IMG/VR virus record: IMGVR_UViG_3300037110_000087
Coordinates: 124,001 to 188,000 of that record
DNA length: 64,000 nucleotides
Reading direction: 5' to 3' (one strand)
This document shows, in pieces, positions 29,001 through 38,777 of the stretch; the stretch's first letter is position 1, and each line of letters starts with the position of its first letter. A model generated the notes under the pieces. That model made no database searches. It was not told the origin of the DNA and worked only from the letters and a program-made list of their open reading frames with translations. The position numbers and the translations under genes are program-made.

Positions 29001-30776
29001 TACTCGATTAGCGGATTATATAGCACTGATACCATCCGAGAGAATTTTACTGATCTAGCCTCTACCTATATGTTCAGAGGATCCGTAATCGGAGCATACG
29101 AGAATAGTGCTGGTAATGTCGGTATGTCATACATGAGATCAAAAGTATTCAAGATCCCTAGTGTGATGGTCCGAAAAGGTGTTGAGGTACATCAGGAATT
29201 CTGGCCTTATATCACTAGCCCAGTCAGTTTAGAGATCCTAGGGTCATTGTTTATTCGGAAACACTTAGCTAATTGTTATACCTACGACATGGGTCCTCTA
29301 CCCCCACTGTTGTATATGACTCCAAACACTCCAGTATATCTAAATGATATAGATGCATTTGCCCTAGCGGATAAAACCTCTTTCCATTACACAGCGAAAC
29401 CAATTTCATTCAGATCAAATATTGAATTTACTAGTATAAGAATGAAGCTGACGGATGAACAGTATTATTTAAAGTTCGTGCTCGCTAGTCAAATAGCTGC
29501 AGACCAGAAAAAACTAACTACTGGAGTTGCTACTCCGGGTCAAACCAGAGATTCCACTCTAATTAATGTCACAGCATCGCAAATGGCTTCAGCAATGGCA
29601 GCTATTAAAGAAGCCAATTATAGCTCGTCTACCCCATTAAATGCCAACGCACGAGGTAATACTGCTTTTGTTGGTAATCTTTCTTCATCCACTAACATGC
29701 AACAGCTTATTGTTACTCTTCGGTCCCGATATGGCTGGATTATTGGATCCGACCTGATGATCAATTACGATCAGGCATTTGCTGCTAATTATTTAAATCT
29801 AAAAGCTAATGAAGTACCAGCTGCTGCAAGAAATGATGATGGAGGAGGAACTAATGACAGTTATAAATCGGGCAACATTTTTACCTTTTCCTCAGATCCA
29901 AACCGTTTGATCTCTACCCCAGATATCCCAGATGAGAATGGTACAACTGCTGTTCCTGCAGGTGGAATTAGTACCGCCAGTGCTCCCAATCCTGATCAGA
30001 AGGCAGCAATTAAAGCTGCTATAGGACAGGCTGGTAACAATGCTGGAGTGGGACAGGCTGTGGCTACACACGGCAATGTGGTATCTGGATTCCAAAACAT
30101 GTGGAATTCTTTTATCAATTCAGCCAAGAATACCACATTTGGAGCAGGTTTCTTGGATATTCCAATGAAATTCCTTGCTGATACTGGCAAGTCAATAAGC
30201 TCTGTGGTTGCTATCTCCAATCAGATGGGTTTCCTCACCAATTCCGCTTATGCTGCAGCCGGTTCAATAAGCGCTACTGGTAATGCTGTAAGTACCCTCA
30301 TCAGTCCCACCAGTACAACACCTGCCGCAATATCCGCTACTCCTGCTACTGTCAATGTCCTATCAGGAGTTGGACCCAGACCTAGCTCAGGTCCTATAGA
30401 AGGAGTTTCACTCACGGATCCCCGTTACAATCCAGGAGTATCAGCGGTAATGGCAATGGTTATCATCGAGGATATGATCACTAGACTAAACTCAGTAAGA
30501 GGACTTCCCCCGAAGACTATCCAATCCAATGATATTAATCCGGACCTATGTGCCTTTACCCTCAGACTTGGGTCAACTGACTATGCCTTACATCAGACCA
30601 TGGCGCAGATGGATATTTTGAACCAAGATTCGAGTTATGGTGATCAGATAGCTAGACGGCTTCAGAATAATATGTATAACTTAGGTGGATATGCTCAGAA
30701 GCACCTTGATTATATCGACTCCTATACTAGTGTCAAAGCTCAGGCTGCTAATACTGGGTTGCACAATATGCAATAA
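26061..30776 (+). CDS. giant baseplate hub-like (gp27/gpD-like) structural protein
   Basis: RIFIMGVEVSDYI, HSGDTIRIF, PVFNGYVEDV, YYWWVTGNGDIIFEFP segments; long coiled-coil insertion. Confidence 0.55.
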   Translation: MADLDDLKLQRANLASAIYDAKSDLAFQQKHLDPNDSTSIVEAARNAIAKDQRIIADGNVQFQALTDQINAQTAANANAESTPAATAPTPAPVVPPPVVAQAAPAVTPTSTVATPVGPSVSIAGTSTDTSTVISPSDLKLLPKADQNAYQGLQQSTDPDAVFQQKLFQAQANVKIKIAKAKGITPTKTGTPSSVNRDLIPFMFAQSDAPGIVQNHPNIAAGVQSNIQFRIFIMGVEVSDYISSLEWSTNASSEVVGAMAAVTLSCRRNTFTLTQDNLQPLVAGEVNWVISDDSQYSEEAKRDLYNYKQGLNFFEATTAIPRWNLAPNTCIIHSGDTIRIFSQIPWTKTDAWLPVFNGYVEDVTLTRTLQGIDTISFQCNTLVHKLTFARVFSEFPAAVADVSGPTSHGLSTNEIIGKTNVPLIDANTLIADSFMGLFSSTLLNTTLEGMIRFVFFGDISQINTHEPSNIETVDAANQAVLAQYLALQNQLVSLQYKAQVLNSPNAVQIASVQAQLATLASNPAVLEAKGINPKDKTISQLQTELSNLQTSQSTTQNLINNLNNSITADNAAVAAAPTAYTMSAQDITMAIANEPRTGVKISPTSALAKAQANLAADTDALAKAKTSLADITSQINAKNAAIVQATAAAQLASGKPIQEKDKRGVGFLSMDNFIIQNFPATGSIITTTTTVPTTTSPTSTATTTSYSDGGVTAATTIGVFNAGNDVGVSTPRTPLESLRLRVSSAQVTLNNAQRAYNTTALVRSGVYLQPLEETLKAAKANLATLQQQLDIASSQSNDAGASGVAGVTNPTTVVTKTVDTSTVDWDMEIGYLEDAKKSMLTGFCSGVPDLNVRTDVIDYTEFSVKACRDLASARTTYLNSTEVTIIGKNSGWLGQYSPHGECVSVYMRRPAIGWGHNNGLADEWRVVGPSWQLNDQSKAQMITELLKKLDYYWWVTGNGDIIFEFPLYEFLPHHFGEFVNEYSISGLYSTDTIRENFTDLASTYMFRGSVIGAYENSAGNVGMSYMRSKVFKIPSVMVRKGVEVHQEFWPYITSPVSLEILGSLFIRKHLANCYTYDMGPLPPLLYMTPNTPVYLNDIDAFALADKTSFHYTAKPISFRSNIEFTSIRMKLTDEQYYLKFVLASQIAADQKKLTTGVATPGQTRDSTLINVTASQMASAMAAIKEANYSSSTPLNANARGNTAFVGNLSSSTNMQQLIVTLRSRYGWIIGSDLMINYDQAFAANYLNLKANEVPAAARNDDGGGTNDSYKSGNIFTFSSDPNRLISTPDIPDENGTTAVPAGGISTASAPNPDQKAAIKAAIGQAGNNAGVGQAVATHGNVVSGFQNMWNSFINSAKNTTFGAGFLDIPMKFLADTGKSISSVVAISNQMGFLTNSAYAAAGSISATGNAVSTLISPTSTTPAAISATPATVNVLSGVGPRPSSGPIEGVSLTDPRYNPGVSAVMAMVIIEDMITRLNSVRGLPPKTIQSNDINPDLCAFTLRLGSTDYALHQTMAQMDILNQDSSYGDQIARRLQNNMYNLGGYAQKHLDYIDSYTSVKAQAANTGLHNMQ

Positions 30777-30841
30777 AAGGAGCAGAAGGTTTTGTCCCAA
30801 CAAACCGTCATTGGCATGATAAACTAGACTAGAGGTCCTGA

Positions 30842-31762
30842 GTGAACAATAATATCAAATATGTCAGCAGTGGAAATATTAAACCGAAGCAACAGGTTTT
30901 AAGAGATTCTACTGTTACCAGATCTTTTGCGGAGTGGGTAATTCCCATGATCGCAGAAAGGCAAAAGCAGGCCAATAATGTGGTTCCAGCCAAGTTCTGG
31001 CAGTATAATCAGGTCAAGACCAGACTGTGTTCCTGTTTTGCGAACCAGAATGACCCAGATGCTACCTGTAAGGCTTGTTTTGGTACTGGATATCTCCCTG
31101 GCTATGTCCCGGTTGGATATTACACGATTGTGACTTTGGATATCTCCGATCCTGGTCTACTCCTAGTCAATACCGAACCAGACTTTACCTCTGGTATGAA
31201 TCCCAAACCAATCAAATTGGTAGATACCGCATTAGCCGGTTATGTAGAGTCCAGCTTCATTGGCATTTCTAAGAACATGGGAATTCCTTTTGTTAGACAT
31301 TTTGCTTCTACTTTTGGTGTGGGCTATCAATACACGGTGGATAATATCACCTGGAGGGATCTGATCCCAGATAAGCTGGATCCTATCATCGCTGCGGCGA
31401 CTAAGATTAAGTTTAGAGCTTTCTTATATAGAAACCTGATAACCGATCCTGTTCCTTATGTAAGCGATCTCTACGTTAGACTACAGGTCCAAGATGACCC
31501 ACAAATTAGCCTTGATGTCCCAAGATGGGTAACCAGTCTAAGTGGTAATGACGCCGGTATGGTTCCCTTACTGAATGTGTTCAATGCCTATGCAGATGCT
31601 GGTTATAAACTACAACAGACTTCCATCCTTCTGCATGTGGATAGCAAGAGAAAGTTTAAAGTCCTTAGTCTCAACCCTAATGCCCCTATGGGAATTTTGA
31701 CCAGCTGGGATATGGAACTAAGATTGATTCAGCCCGACGAACCGCAGAATAGCATTCCTTAA
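30842..31762 (+). CDS. putative neck/head-closure protein
   Basis: CSC...CKACFGTGY motif near the N-terminus; structural gene context. Confidence 0.45.
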   Translation: MNNNIKYVSSGNIKPKQQVLRDSTVTRSFAEWVIPMIAERQKQANNVVPAKFWQYNQVKTRLCSCFANQNDPDATCKACFGTGYLPGYVPVGYYTIVTLDISDPGLLLVNTEPDFTSGMNPKPIKLVDTALAGYVESSFIGISKNMGIPFVRHFASTFGVGYQYTVDNITWRDLIPDKLDPIIAAATKIKFRAFLYRNLITDPVPYVSDLYVRLQVQDDPQISLDVPRWVTSLSGNDAGMVPLLNVFNAYADAGYKLQQTSILLHVDSKRKFKVLSLNPNAPMGILTSWDMELRLIQPDEPQNSIP

Positions 31763-31771
31763 GAGGTACAC

Positions 31772-32656
31772 ATGAAAGTAGCGTTCCCATATAAATCACC
31801 AATGTCTTCAGCCCTTATGAATTTTGCCTTTACTGACATTATTCCTGAAGGTGTGTATGTAGCCCCTCAAATGGCTGCTTCATTGACTACCTCTTCAGTC
31901 ACTATCTCCCCAGGCTGGGTAATTAGAAGTGTTGACGGGATGACGGTTTCTGAGGATACCGCTACTATTACATTGACTCTTCCTGGCGTTGGATTGTATT
32001 GGGTTGGTGTCGATGCTGAGTATTCCGTGGCAAATGACCCAATGATCAATATCCAAGCTATTCCCATCAGCTCCTATGTTACCTGGAATGCCACTCAACA
32101 GGCAGCGTTCATTATTTTCGCCCAGGTCAATGTTACTCCCACGGCAATCCAGATTGATCAGACCCAGGCAACTCTTCCCCGAGGAGTCTTCGCCCTTCAG
32201 CAGGATCTAATTGCAAAGGTGAACGGAGTTACTGTCACTTCAGTATCCAACTCTGCTGGTCTAAGCCAGAGCATGTCCCCCAACTCCGTTGTTTACGTTC
32301 AGGATAGCAATAAACTGTCTATCTTCCTGAATGGTACTCAGTGGACACAGATTGGACAGAATATTGTCGGGGGTGGCGTCTTCAATAGTACCACCGGAAC
32401 CAATGTAGCACTTCCCGCCTCTGTTCCTCTGGCGGTCAAGAATGACATTACTAAGTATATGGTGTTCATTAGTCAAACAGCCAATTCTGGTGGACATGTT
32501 GGTGAAACCTGGGTTTTGAAGGGTCAGAGATATGATCAACCCACTAATTCAATTGTAGCTGATCCCAACTATTTCTTGGTTATGTGCTCTGGTACTGTTC
32601 CTACACCTGGAGCAGTCGGACAGGTGACTTTCGACTGGCTTGTGACGCTTGTATAA
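31772..32656 (+). CDS. putative virion structural protein
   Basis: Beta-rich composition; RBS gaggt; structural operon. Confidence 0.5.
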   Translation: MKVAFPYKSPMSSALMNFAFTDIIPEGVYVAPQMAASLTTSSVTISPGWVIRSVDGMTVSEDTATITLTLPGVGLYWVGVDAEYSVANDPMINIQAIPISSYVTWNATQQAAFIIFAQVNVTPTAIQIDQTQATLPRGVFALQQDLIAKVNGVTVTSVSNSAGLSQSMSPNSVVYVQDSNKLSIFLNGTQWTQIGQNIVGGGVFNSTTGTNVALPASVPLAVKNDITKYMVFISQTANSGGHVGETWVLKGQRYDQPTNSIVADPNYFLVMCSGTVPTPGAVGQVTFDWLVTLV

Positions 32657-33045
32657 TGAAACCCAAAGCTAAAGTGACCGATGAGGCTATCCAAATGCTT
32701 AATGCGTTTGGGTACTCGATTACAGAAACAGTTGAAATTGGATCTTATGATCTTTGTTTGGTTTATCATATGATGGGCTTCTATCAATTGGCGATGCAAC
32801 GCCATGGATATGATTGGACAAACCTAGATCAACAGGGAACTATTTTTCCTAATTTCCCTGCGGGATCAGTTAAACCTTTCGTTTCTACACTTAAGAAATG
32901 GTCTGAAGAATATGGTGACCTCTATATCAAATCGCATAATGACGACAGGACCGAACAATACTACCGAATCTTGAAAAGACTTGGATTTAAAATTATCCAA
33001 CGTAATTTGATGGGTGAAGATCTTCTAGTAATCGAGGGGTGTTAA
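32656..33045 (+). CDS. hypothetical protein (start reassigned to ATG at 32656)
   Basis: TAATG overlaps at both ends. Confidence 0.6.
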   Translation: MKPKAKVTDEAIQMLNAFGYSITETVEIGSYDLCLVYHMMGFYQLAMQRHGYDWTNLDQQGTIFPNFPAGSVKPFVSTLKKWSEEYGDLYIKSHNDDRTEQYYRILKRLGFKIIQRNLMGEDLLVIEGC

Positions 33046-33263
33046 TGAAATTGGATCTAAAAGCAACTCCGGTAACTTCTGAAATGATTAATGAACTTTT
33101 ATCAGATGTTATGGATGGACTCAAGGAATCATATAAGAGAGTGGTTGTAGCTGAGAGTGAACTAGCAAAACGTCCGACCTTACAGGGAATGTTACGGGAA
33201 GCCGAAGAACTAATTCTCAAAGCTAGTCAGAAGATCACCGGGGTTAAAAATTCCCTGGAGTAG
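33045..33263 (+). CDS. small helical protein with leader-like N-terminus MKLDLKATP
   Basis: TAATG overlap; coiled-coil-like sequence. Confidence 0.6.
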   Translation: MKLDLKATPVTSEMINELLSDVMDGLKESYKRVVVAESELAKRPTLQGMLREAEELILKASQKITGVKNSLE

Positions 33264-33269
33264 CTGTAA

Positions 33270-33911
33270 ATGTTCATGAAATTATGCGCGATTTCGGACA
33301 TGCATGGTCAGTATGAGCGGATTACCATCCCCGAAGATGTGGATATTTTGATTTGTGCTGGTGATGCGACTATGGATCACGACTACCAGGACGCAGAACG
33401 TTTCATTCGGTGGTTCTCAACCCGTAAAGCTCGTTACCACGTGTACACGCCGGGTAATCACGACTTCTGCTTCCGGGACATGCCAGAGCTAAAGGATACC
33501 TGCCGTGGCGCAGGTATTTTCTATCTTGAACATAACTACACCGAGATCATGGGATTGAAAATCTTTGGATCTCCTCATACCCCAAAGTTCGGAGATTATG
33601 CTTGGATGTATCGGCCAGATGAATCTGATCGAATTTGGAGTCAAGTTCCTGATTGTGACATACTTATCACTCATGGTCCTCCGTATGGAATCTTGGACAG
33701 GAACCAGAACAACGAACATTGTGGATCTAAACGCTTGCTAGCCAGGGTTGAACAGATTCGGCCCAAGCTTCATATCTTCGGTCATATTCATGAATGCGGT
33801 GGTCAACGTCAAACAATGATCTGGTCAAAATACTTTGATACTGAGACTATCTTCTGGAATGCCGGGATTTACCATGGAACCGCTGGGGTAGCACATGTTA
33901 CACTGGATTGA
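33270..33911 (+). CDS. calcineurin-like metallophosphoesterase
   Basis: ISDMHG, AGD, PGNHD, ITHGPP, FGHIHE motifs. Confidence 0.92.
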   Translation: MFMKLCAISDMHGQYERITIPEDVDILICAGDATMDHDYQDAERFIRWFSTRKARYHVYTPGNHDFCFRDMPELKDTCRGAGIFYLEHNYTEIMGLKIFGSPHTPKFGDYAWMYRPDESDRIWSQVPDCDILITHGPPYGILDRNQNNEHCGSKRLLARVEQIRPKLHIFGHIHECGGQRQTMIWSKYFDTETIFWNAGIYHGTAGVAHVTLD

Positions 33912-33928
33912 AGGAGACGAGGAATAAT

Positions 33929-34339
33929 ATGGCCGAGCTTAGACTAATAGCAAGAATCAAAAAGGCTGGTTGGGGCCAGGGTAAAGAGGTTCATTATACT
34001 CATAACTATGCCTTGATAATAGAATTCAATAATGATCATTCTGATGCGTTTGAAAACTTCTTACACAGAACATTAGGAATCTGTATTGATGATGGTTTTA
34101 AGTATGATATTGCGCGTCCTGAAGGGGTAGGAATCATAAGTCCAATACTCAATCGCTTGAAGGACCTCATCCCAGATATCCTGAGAATCCCAGATTCACA
34201 CCGATATATTAAGGGGTATTTCTTCGAAAATAAACTAGGAAGAAGAATCGAGACAATCTGGGAAGCTCCTGAAATCACTGAAGAAGACAAGGAAATCTTA
34301 CATGGAATGGGCATTAAGGGCAGACATAAAAAGAAATGA
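33929..34339 (+). CDS. hypothetical protein with leader-like N-terminus MAELRLIARIKKAG
   Basis: RBS gagga before ATG at 33929. Confidence 0.6.
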   Translation: MAELRLIARIKKAGWGQGKEVHYTHNYALIIEFNNDHSDAFENFLHRTLGICIDDGFKYDIARPEGVGIISPILNRLKDLIPDILRIPDSHRYIKGYFFENKLGRRIETIWEAPEITEEDKEILHGMGIKGRHKKK

Positions 34340-34497
34340 AAGATCCGATGGAGTGGTACCGAAAGAGGGAGGAACGCGAAAGAGACATGGTATTCGCATC
34401 GATCTTATGGAGGATCACCACCGGAACAATCATTGATCCTGACACACTACGTATCTTGTTTGAAGCATCAGAAGAAGCAAAAAATTTCCAGGATTAA
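34336..34497 (+). CDS. 53-aa hypothetical protein; absent from the ORF track
   Basis: ATGA overlap; MKDPMEWYRKREERERDMVF... Confidence 0.5.
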   Translation: MKDPMEWYRKREERERDMVFASILWRITTGTIIDPDTLRILFEASEEAKNFQD

Positions 34498-34499
34498 TC

Positions 34500-36737
34500 A
34501 TGAGTTTTAGATTCTCAGCCACGATGTCACAGTCCAAACGCGATTTCCTGATGAATAAATATTCTGTGGATGAATCAGTGATGGACACTGTGGAATATAT
34601 TGACCCAACGCCAAACTACGATTATGCGGATTGGGTGATTAAGAATCTTCAGAACGGGAAGATCACGAAGACTGACTATGAGAAGAACAACAAGCACCTG
34701 GATAAATTCCACCGTTTGAAGAACTCTCCCAAGTTTAAGGAATATCTTAAGGCTGCGGGACACACCACGGATATCAACAGATATGAACCGAATCAATTAT
34801 TCGATGTGTTAGATAACTTTGGTGATTCCAAGAAACAGGAAAAGAGAGATGTCTTTGAAGGGATTGGAGGGGCCGAGATCAAATATAGAGATGCTACCTG
34901 GGTAGTGTACAAGGTGACATCAGTGGAAGCAGCCATGACTCTAGGATCGAACACCAATTGGTGTACGGCTAATCATGGTCATGCTTCTAGTTATATTGGT
35001 CGTGGTGATTTATGGATCTTCTATAAAAACGGGAAACCATATCTCCAATTACATCCAAAGGATCGCATGATCTGTGATCGTAAGGATAATTCATTTAGAG
35101 ATGGTTGTCACTTGAAAGATTCGCACATTTATGATCTGCTGGAGAAGTTATTGGATGATCCAGCAATCGCTGATTATTTTGAGACTATCATACCCTATGT
35201 TGAACCATCAGATCGATATATTCAGATCTTGAGCAGGAAAAATCCGAAAATGATTATGGACATCCTTCGAAAACTGATGATCCGGAGATACCCAGAGCTA
35301 GAGCCTAAGATATTTGAGGTAGACCCTGAGAAAGTGGGAGCGGAAGGGGATGATGAAGGGGATGGTGAGGGCATCAATATAGCTAGAGATTATATGGCGG
35401 CGTTTGGTCCTAGAGATCCAGCAATGGAACCCTATATTATCAAATTTGGTACTTGGGCTGCAGCCTATGCCTTATTTGTGATGAATGGCCCTTGGCCGGA
35501 AGCTGAAGAGAAGATTCATAAACTGAAGAAATCAGAATTGAAGTCTCAGTATCTCAATACTCTTGGCCAGCATATGATTACTTATAATGACTTTATTGAT
35601 ATGCTGGAGGCGGAAGAAGTCAAACATAGATATGAACCTTTTGAGGAAAAATTACTTAACTTCCACAAAAAGAATACTGTCCATCGTAATGATATTTCAA
35701 CTTTACTTGATTATTGCGAACAGGCTAAATATTGGTGGCCTGAAGTAGTGTCCCTGGTCGTAGATGATTTCAAGAGGTCTGCGCTTAAATCAAATCCAAA
35801 AGGTCTAACAGGTTTTGCCGTTGCTAATCTAAAACAGTTATTAGAATTAGCAAATAAATTGAAGCTAGAAGATCCAAAGATAACCCAATTGAATGCAGTA
35901 AAAAATCTTGCCATCAAGGGTTCTGTTGAATATATGATTAGGATTAAAGGTACTGATTGGATCCCTGATGATTGTAAGAATTGTGGACCCTGGATTGAGA
36001 ATAATTTAACGACACTTCTGGATAAGAAGATTCCATTAGTCAAAATTTTAGATGCTATTCAAAAAATGGCCTACAGCAACAAGACACTTGTGATTAAGGA
36101 TTTTGATAGAATCATGCCCTTAATTTCCGTAGCCCCAAATAAACTTAAATCAGAAGCCCTAGAATATCTCAAAGATTATCTGGTATCACGTAATCTGTTT
36201 TATCCGGAGCTTTTTGAAACAGAAAAAACAATAGATATTTCTGAATTATCTGAGCCCTATGCGAAAGAGCACTTACTCCCTTATCTTTCTAAACTAGACT
36301 TTGATTATTGTGACGGTGACTCGACCCTCGAATTATTTGGTGATCAATGGAAACAGCTTTCTAATGATCAGAAAATGAGTATATTAGGGAACTGCAGCTT
36401 GGATGAGGATGATGCTGATAAAATATTACCCAAATTGAATGATGTTGATATCAAAGTATTACGTTCCTCCACAACAGGTAAAGTTTCATTAAATGTTGGC
36501 TATATTATTTCTCAGCTGAGTAGTAGTACTTTAATATGGCCCAAATTTAACGAGTGGATCATAGCTAATGCTAAGAAACCATTCTTTTCTCAGATAGTTG
36601 GTAATATAATTGGACAAGATGGACTTCTGAGATATATTAGAAATGCTGGGCTGGAGGATATTACAGGTGTTCCCAAGTTGAAGCCAAAGAGGCCAACAAG
36701 GCATTCTGGTCCTCATCGCGAACCAGTAGAAGAATAA
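34500..36737 (+). CDS. large protein with PcfJ-like (NWCTA) domain and degenerate WPEAE helical repeats
   Basis: DPTPNYDYADW, DINRY, VYKVTSVEAAMTLGSNTNWCTA; YPELEP, WPEAEE and WWPEV repeats. Confidence 0.6.
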   Translation: MSFRFSATMSQSKRDFLMNKYSVDESVMDTVEYIDPTPNYDYADWVIKNLQNGKITKTDYEKNNKHLDKFHRLKNSPKFKEYLKAAGHTTDINRYEPNQLFDVLDNFGDSKKQEKRDVFEGIGGAEIKYRDATWVVYKVTSVEAAMTLGSNTNWCTANHGHASSYIGRGDLWIFYKNGKPYLQLHPKDRMICDRKDNSFRDGCHLKDSHIYDLLEKLLDDPAIADYFETIIPYVEPSDRYIQILSRKNPKMIMDILRKLMIRRYPELEPKIFEVDPEKVGAEGDDEGDGEGINIARDYMAAFGPRDPAMEPYIIKFGTWAAAYALFVMNGPWPEAEEKIHKLKKSELKSQYLNTLGQHMITYNDFIDMLEAEEVKHRYEPFEEKLLNFHKKNTVHRNDISTLLDYCEQAKYWWPEVVSLVVDDFKRSALKSNPKGLTGFAVANLKQLLELANKLKLEDPKITQLNAVKNLAIKGSVEYMIRIKGTDWIPDDCKNCGPWIENNLTTLLDKKIPLVKILDAIQKMAYSNKTLVIKDFDRIMPLISVAPNKLKSEALEYLKDYLVSRNLFYPELFETEKTIDISELSEPYAKEHLLPYLSKLDFDYCDGDSTLELFGDQWKQLSNDQKMSILGNCSLDEDDADKILPKLNDVDIKVLRSSTTGKVSLNVGYIISQLSSSTLIWPKFNEWIIANAKKPFFSQIVGNIIGQDGLLRYIRNAGLEDITGVPKLKPKRPTRHSGPHREPVEE

Positions 36738-36759
36738 CAGTTCATATCAAATAAACACA

Positions 36760-36768
36760 TGTTATAAT
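36760..36768 (+). promoter_or_regulatory. extended -10 element TGTTATAAT upstream of the SSB gene
   Basis: TGnTATAAT in an intergenic AT-rich segment. Confidence 0.5.
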
Positions 36769-36865
36769 AGTATACAAATCAGCTCGTGCTAATTTGGGGT
36801 CTGGGACAAATGACCCGCTTTCGCGAAGTCCTCTGCTTGTGCAGTTTTTCATAGGAGACATTGAT

Positions 36866-38188
36866 ATGTCTGACGCTCCAAATTCTCTATTCGCAATCAC
36901 TGACTCGTTTGACCAAGCGGCTGAAAATGCTACTGGCTTCGGTGACCAAAAGAAACGCCGTGATAGCTGGCCCATTGTACGCCCTCGTAAAGTCCAGAAT
37001 GGTAACGAAGAAATGCTTCTGCGCATCCTTCCTTTCCAGACCTCTGAGGTAGCTGGTTATTGGCTCAAGACCCCCAAGAACAAAACCTTCTGGCTCGATA
37101 GCCCAGCGTGGGACCCCAAGACCAAGACCATGAATGGTCCGGATCCAATTGCTGAAGTCGGTGCAGCTAAGCTGACTCATCGCACGATCGCTTATGCAAT
37201 TGATATGTTCGCGGCCCAAGAACTCGCCAGTATGGGTGTCCAGCAGTGGACTCCGGCTAAGCCTGATGCTACCGTCATTCCTCATCCCCTCCGCGTTGCT
37301 GAATTCAGTGGCAGCGTCATGCAGCAGATTAAAGAAACTGCCGCAATGAAAGGTAAGGCTGGTGATAAGGATAAGGGATATATTATCAAAGTGGTCAAGT
37401 CGAGCAAAGGTGGGAACTCCAGCTATCAGGTCATCGCTGGTGATATCTATCCAATCACTGATCAGTTTATTGCGGCTCTGCCAACCTTGAACCTGCCCAA
37501 CGTGTCTGACTACCATGAGCCAGATTCCATTGATCGCTGCGTGATGACCCTTCTGTTCAACAATCACATCAGCTATGAGAAGGGTGTCGCGATGTTGGAG
37601 AAGTACAAAGAACAGAGTCTAATTTCTCAGGAAGCAGTCGCCACCACAGTCAAGGCTATGACCACCTTCGCTACCAAGCGTGGATTGATTGGAACTGCCC
37701 CTGTCGCCGGTCTGGGAACCCCCGGTCTTGCTGCCCCCGGCCTCCCGGCCCCAGGTCTTGCTGCCCCTGGCCTCCCGGCCCCTGGCATGATGGGTGTTCC
37801 GATGGGTATGCCCCCTGTAGGCTTCCCCGGAACTACTCCGATGGCCCCTCCCCAGGCTCCGGTGTTCCCTCAGATGCCCCTTTCTGGCGCTCCGATGGGT
37901 TTCCCTGGCGCTCCGATGGGTTTCCCTGGCGCTTCGATCACCGTGGGGGTATCTCAGGCCCCTGCCCAGGCCCCAGCGGCTCCGATGGCCCCTCCTGCCC
38001 CCTCCTTTGGCTTCCCTGGCTTACCACAGATGCCTTCGGTGTCCCAGGCCCCAGCGGCTCCCTTCGGACTGGCCCCTGCTCCTCCTCAGATCCCCGGTAT
38101 CCCCGTTCCTCAGATCCCCGGAGTCCAGATGCCACAGATGCCACAGATCCCTGTGACTCCGATTGGTAATATGGGCATTATCGAATAA
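36866..38188 (+). CDS. gp32-like single-stranded DNA-binding protein with Pro/Gly/Met-rich tail
   Basis: LLRILP, GYIIKVVKSSKGGNSSYQV, LPTLNL segments resemble phage SSBs; RBS aggag; biased codon use. Confidence 0.55.
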   Translation: MSDAPNSLFAITDSFDQAAENATGFGDQKKRRDSWPIVRPRKVQNGNEEMLLRILPFQTSEVAGYWLKTPKNKTFWLDSPAWDPKTKTMNGPDPIAEVGAAKLTHRTIAYAIDMFAAQELASMGVQQWTPAKPDATVIPHPLRVAEFSGSVMQQIKETAAMKGKAGDKDKGYIIKVVKSSKGGNSSYQVIAGDIYPITDQFIAALPTLNLPNVSDYHEPDSIDRCVMTLLFNNHISYEKGVAMLEKYKEQSLISQEAVATTVKAMTTFATKRGLIGTAPVAGLGTPGLAAPGLPAPGLAAPGLPAPGMMGVPMGMPPVGFPGTTPMAPPQAPVFPQMPLSGAPMGFPGAPMGFPGASITVGVSQAPAQAPAAPMAPPAPSFGFPGLPQMPSVSQAPAAPFGLAPAPPQIPGIPVPQIPGVQMPQMPQIPVTPIGNMGIIE

Positions 38189-38206
38189 CACGAGCAATAA
38201 AATCTA

Positions 38207-38248
38207 ATGGTTATGGCTCCTCTCATGGAGCCATAACCATATTTCTTT
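38207..38248 (+). terminator. rho-independent terminator
   Basis: 14-bp perfect stem atggttatggctcc/ggagccataaccat, 6-nt loop, followed by atttcttt. Confidence 0.8.
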
Positions 38249-38314
38249 GGCGAATTCAGCTGTCATTAATCCTCTTGAGTTTAGTTATAATAAAGGAGAT
38301 GATGGAGGTGTATC

Positions 38315-38767
38315 ATCGCTTTCCAATGGATTAATGGTATCTTCTCAGCCAATGTCAGAATAGATACAGTTGCCAGATTCGATCTAGCAACCTACAAGGG
38401 TTATATCAACAGTCCAGGGATTTTCAACTGGGATGTTAGCTGGGTGGAGAGTGATAGTGGCTCTCTCACAGTTAAAATTAGAGCCGGTGCGCAGAATCAA
38501 TTGCAATTCGCACGGTTCGTGAGTCAAGAATTCGTTCCCTTACTGAAGAATTATCTTATATTCAGGGCTAATGTCTTGAATATTCCTGCCCCAACTTTTG
38601 GGTCGTTCTATTTCGGAGTCCATCATGACGCCAAGATAGACAACATGTTCTCAACTCAGGTAGACCAAGCGTTCTTTGGTTTCCCCTACGAAGAGAATAG
38701 TCCATGGAACTCCATAGCAAGATATATGGATACTGGAATTGAACCGGATAAATTTGGTCAATGGTAA
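38315..38767 (+). CDS. hypothetical protein; frame open from 38303, start uncertain (ATC 38315 or GTG 38444)
   Basis: GGAGGT 5 nt upstream of an in-frame ATC. Confidence 0.45.
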   Translation: MAFQWINGIFSANVRIDTVARFDLATYKGYINSPGIFNWDVSWVESDSGSLTVKIRAGAQNQLQFARFVSQEFVPLLKNYLIFRANVLNIPAPTFGSFYFGVHHDAKIDNMFSTQVDQAFFGFPYEENSPWNSIARYMDTGIEPDKFGQW

Positions 38768-38777
38768 GGAGACTTCA

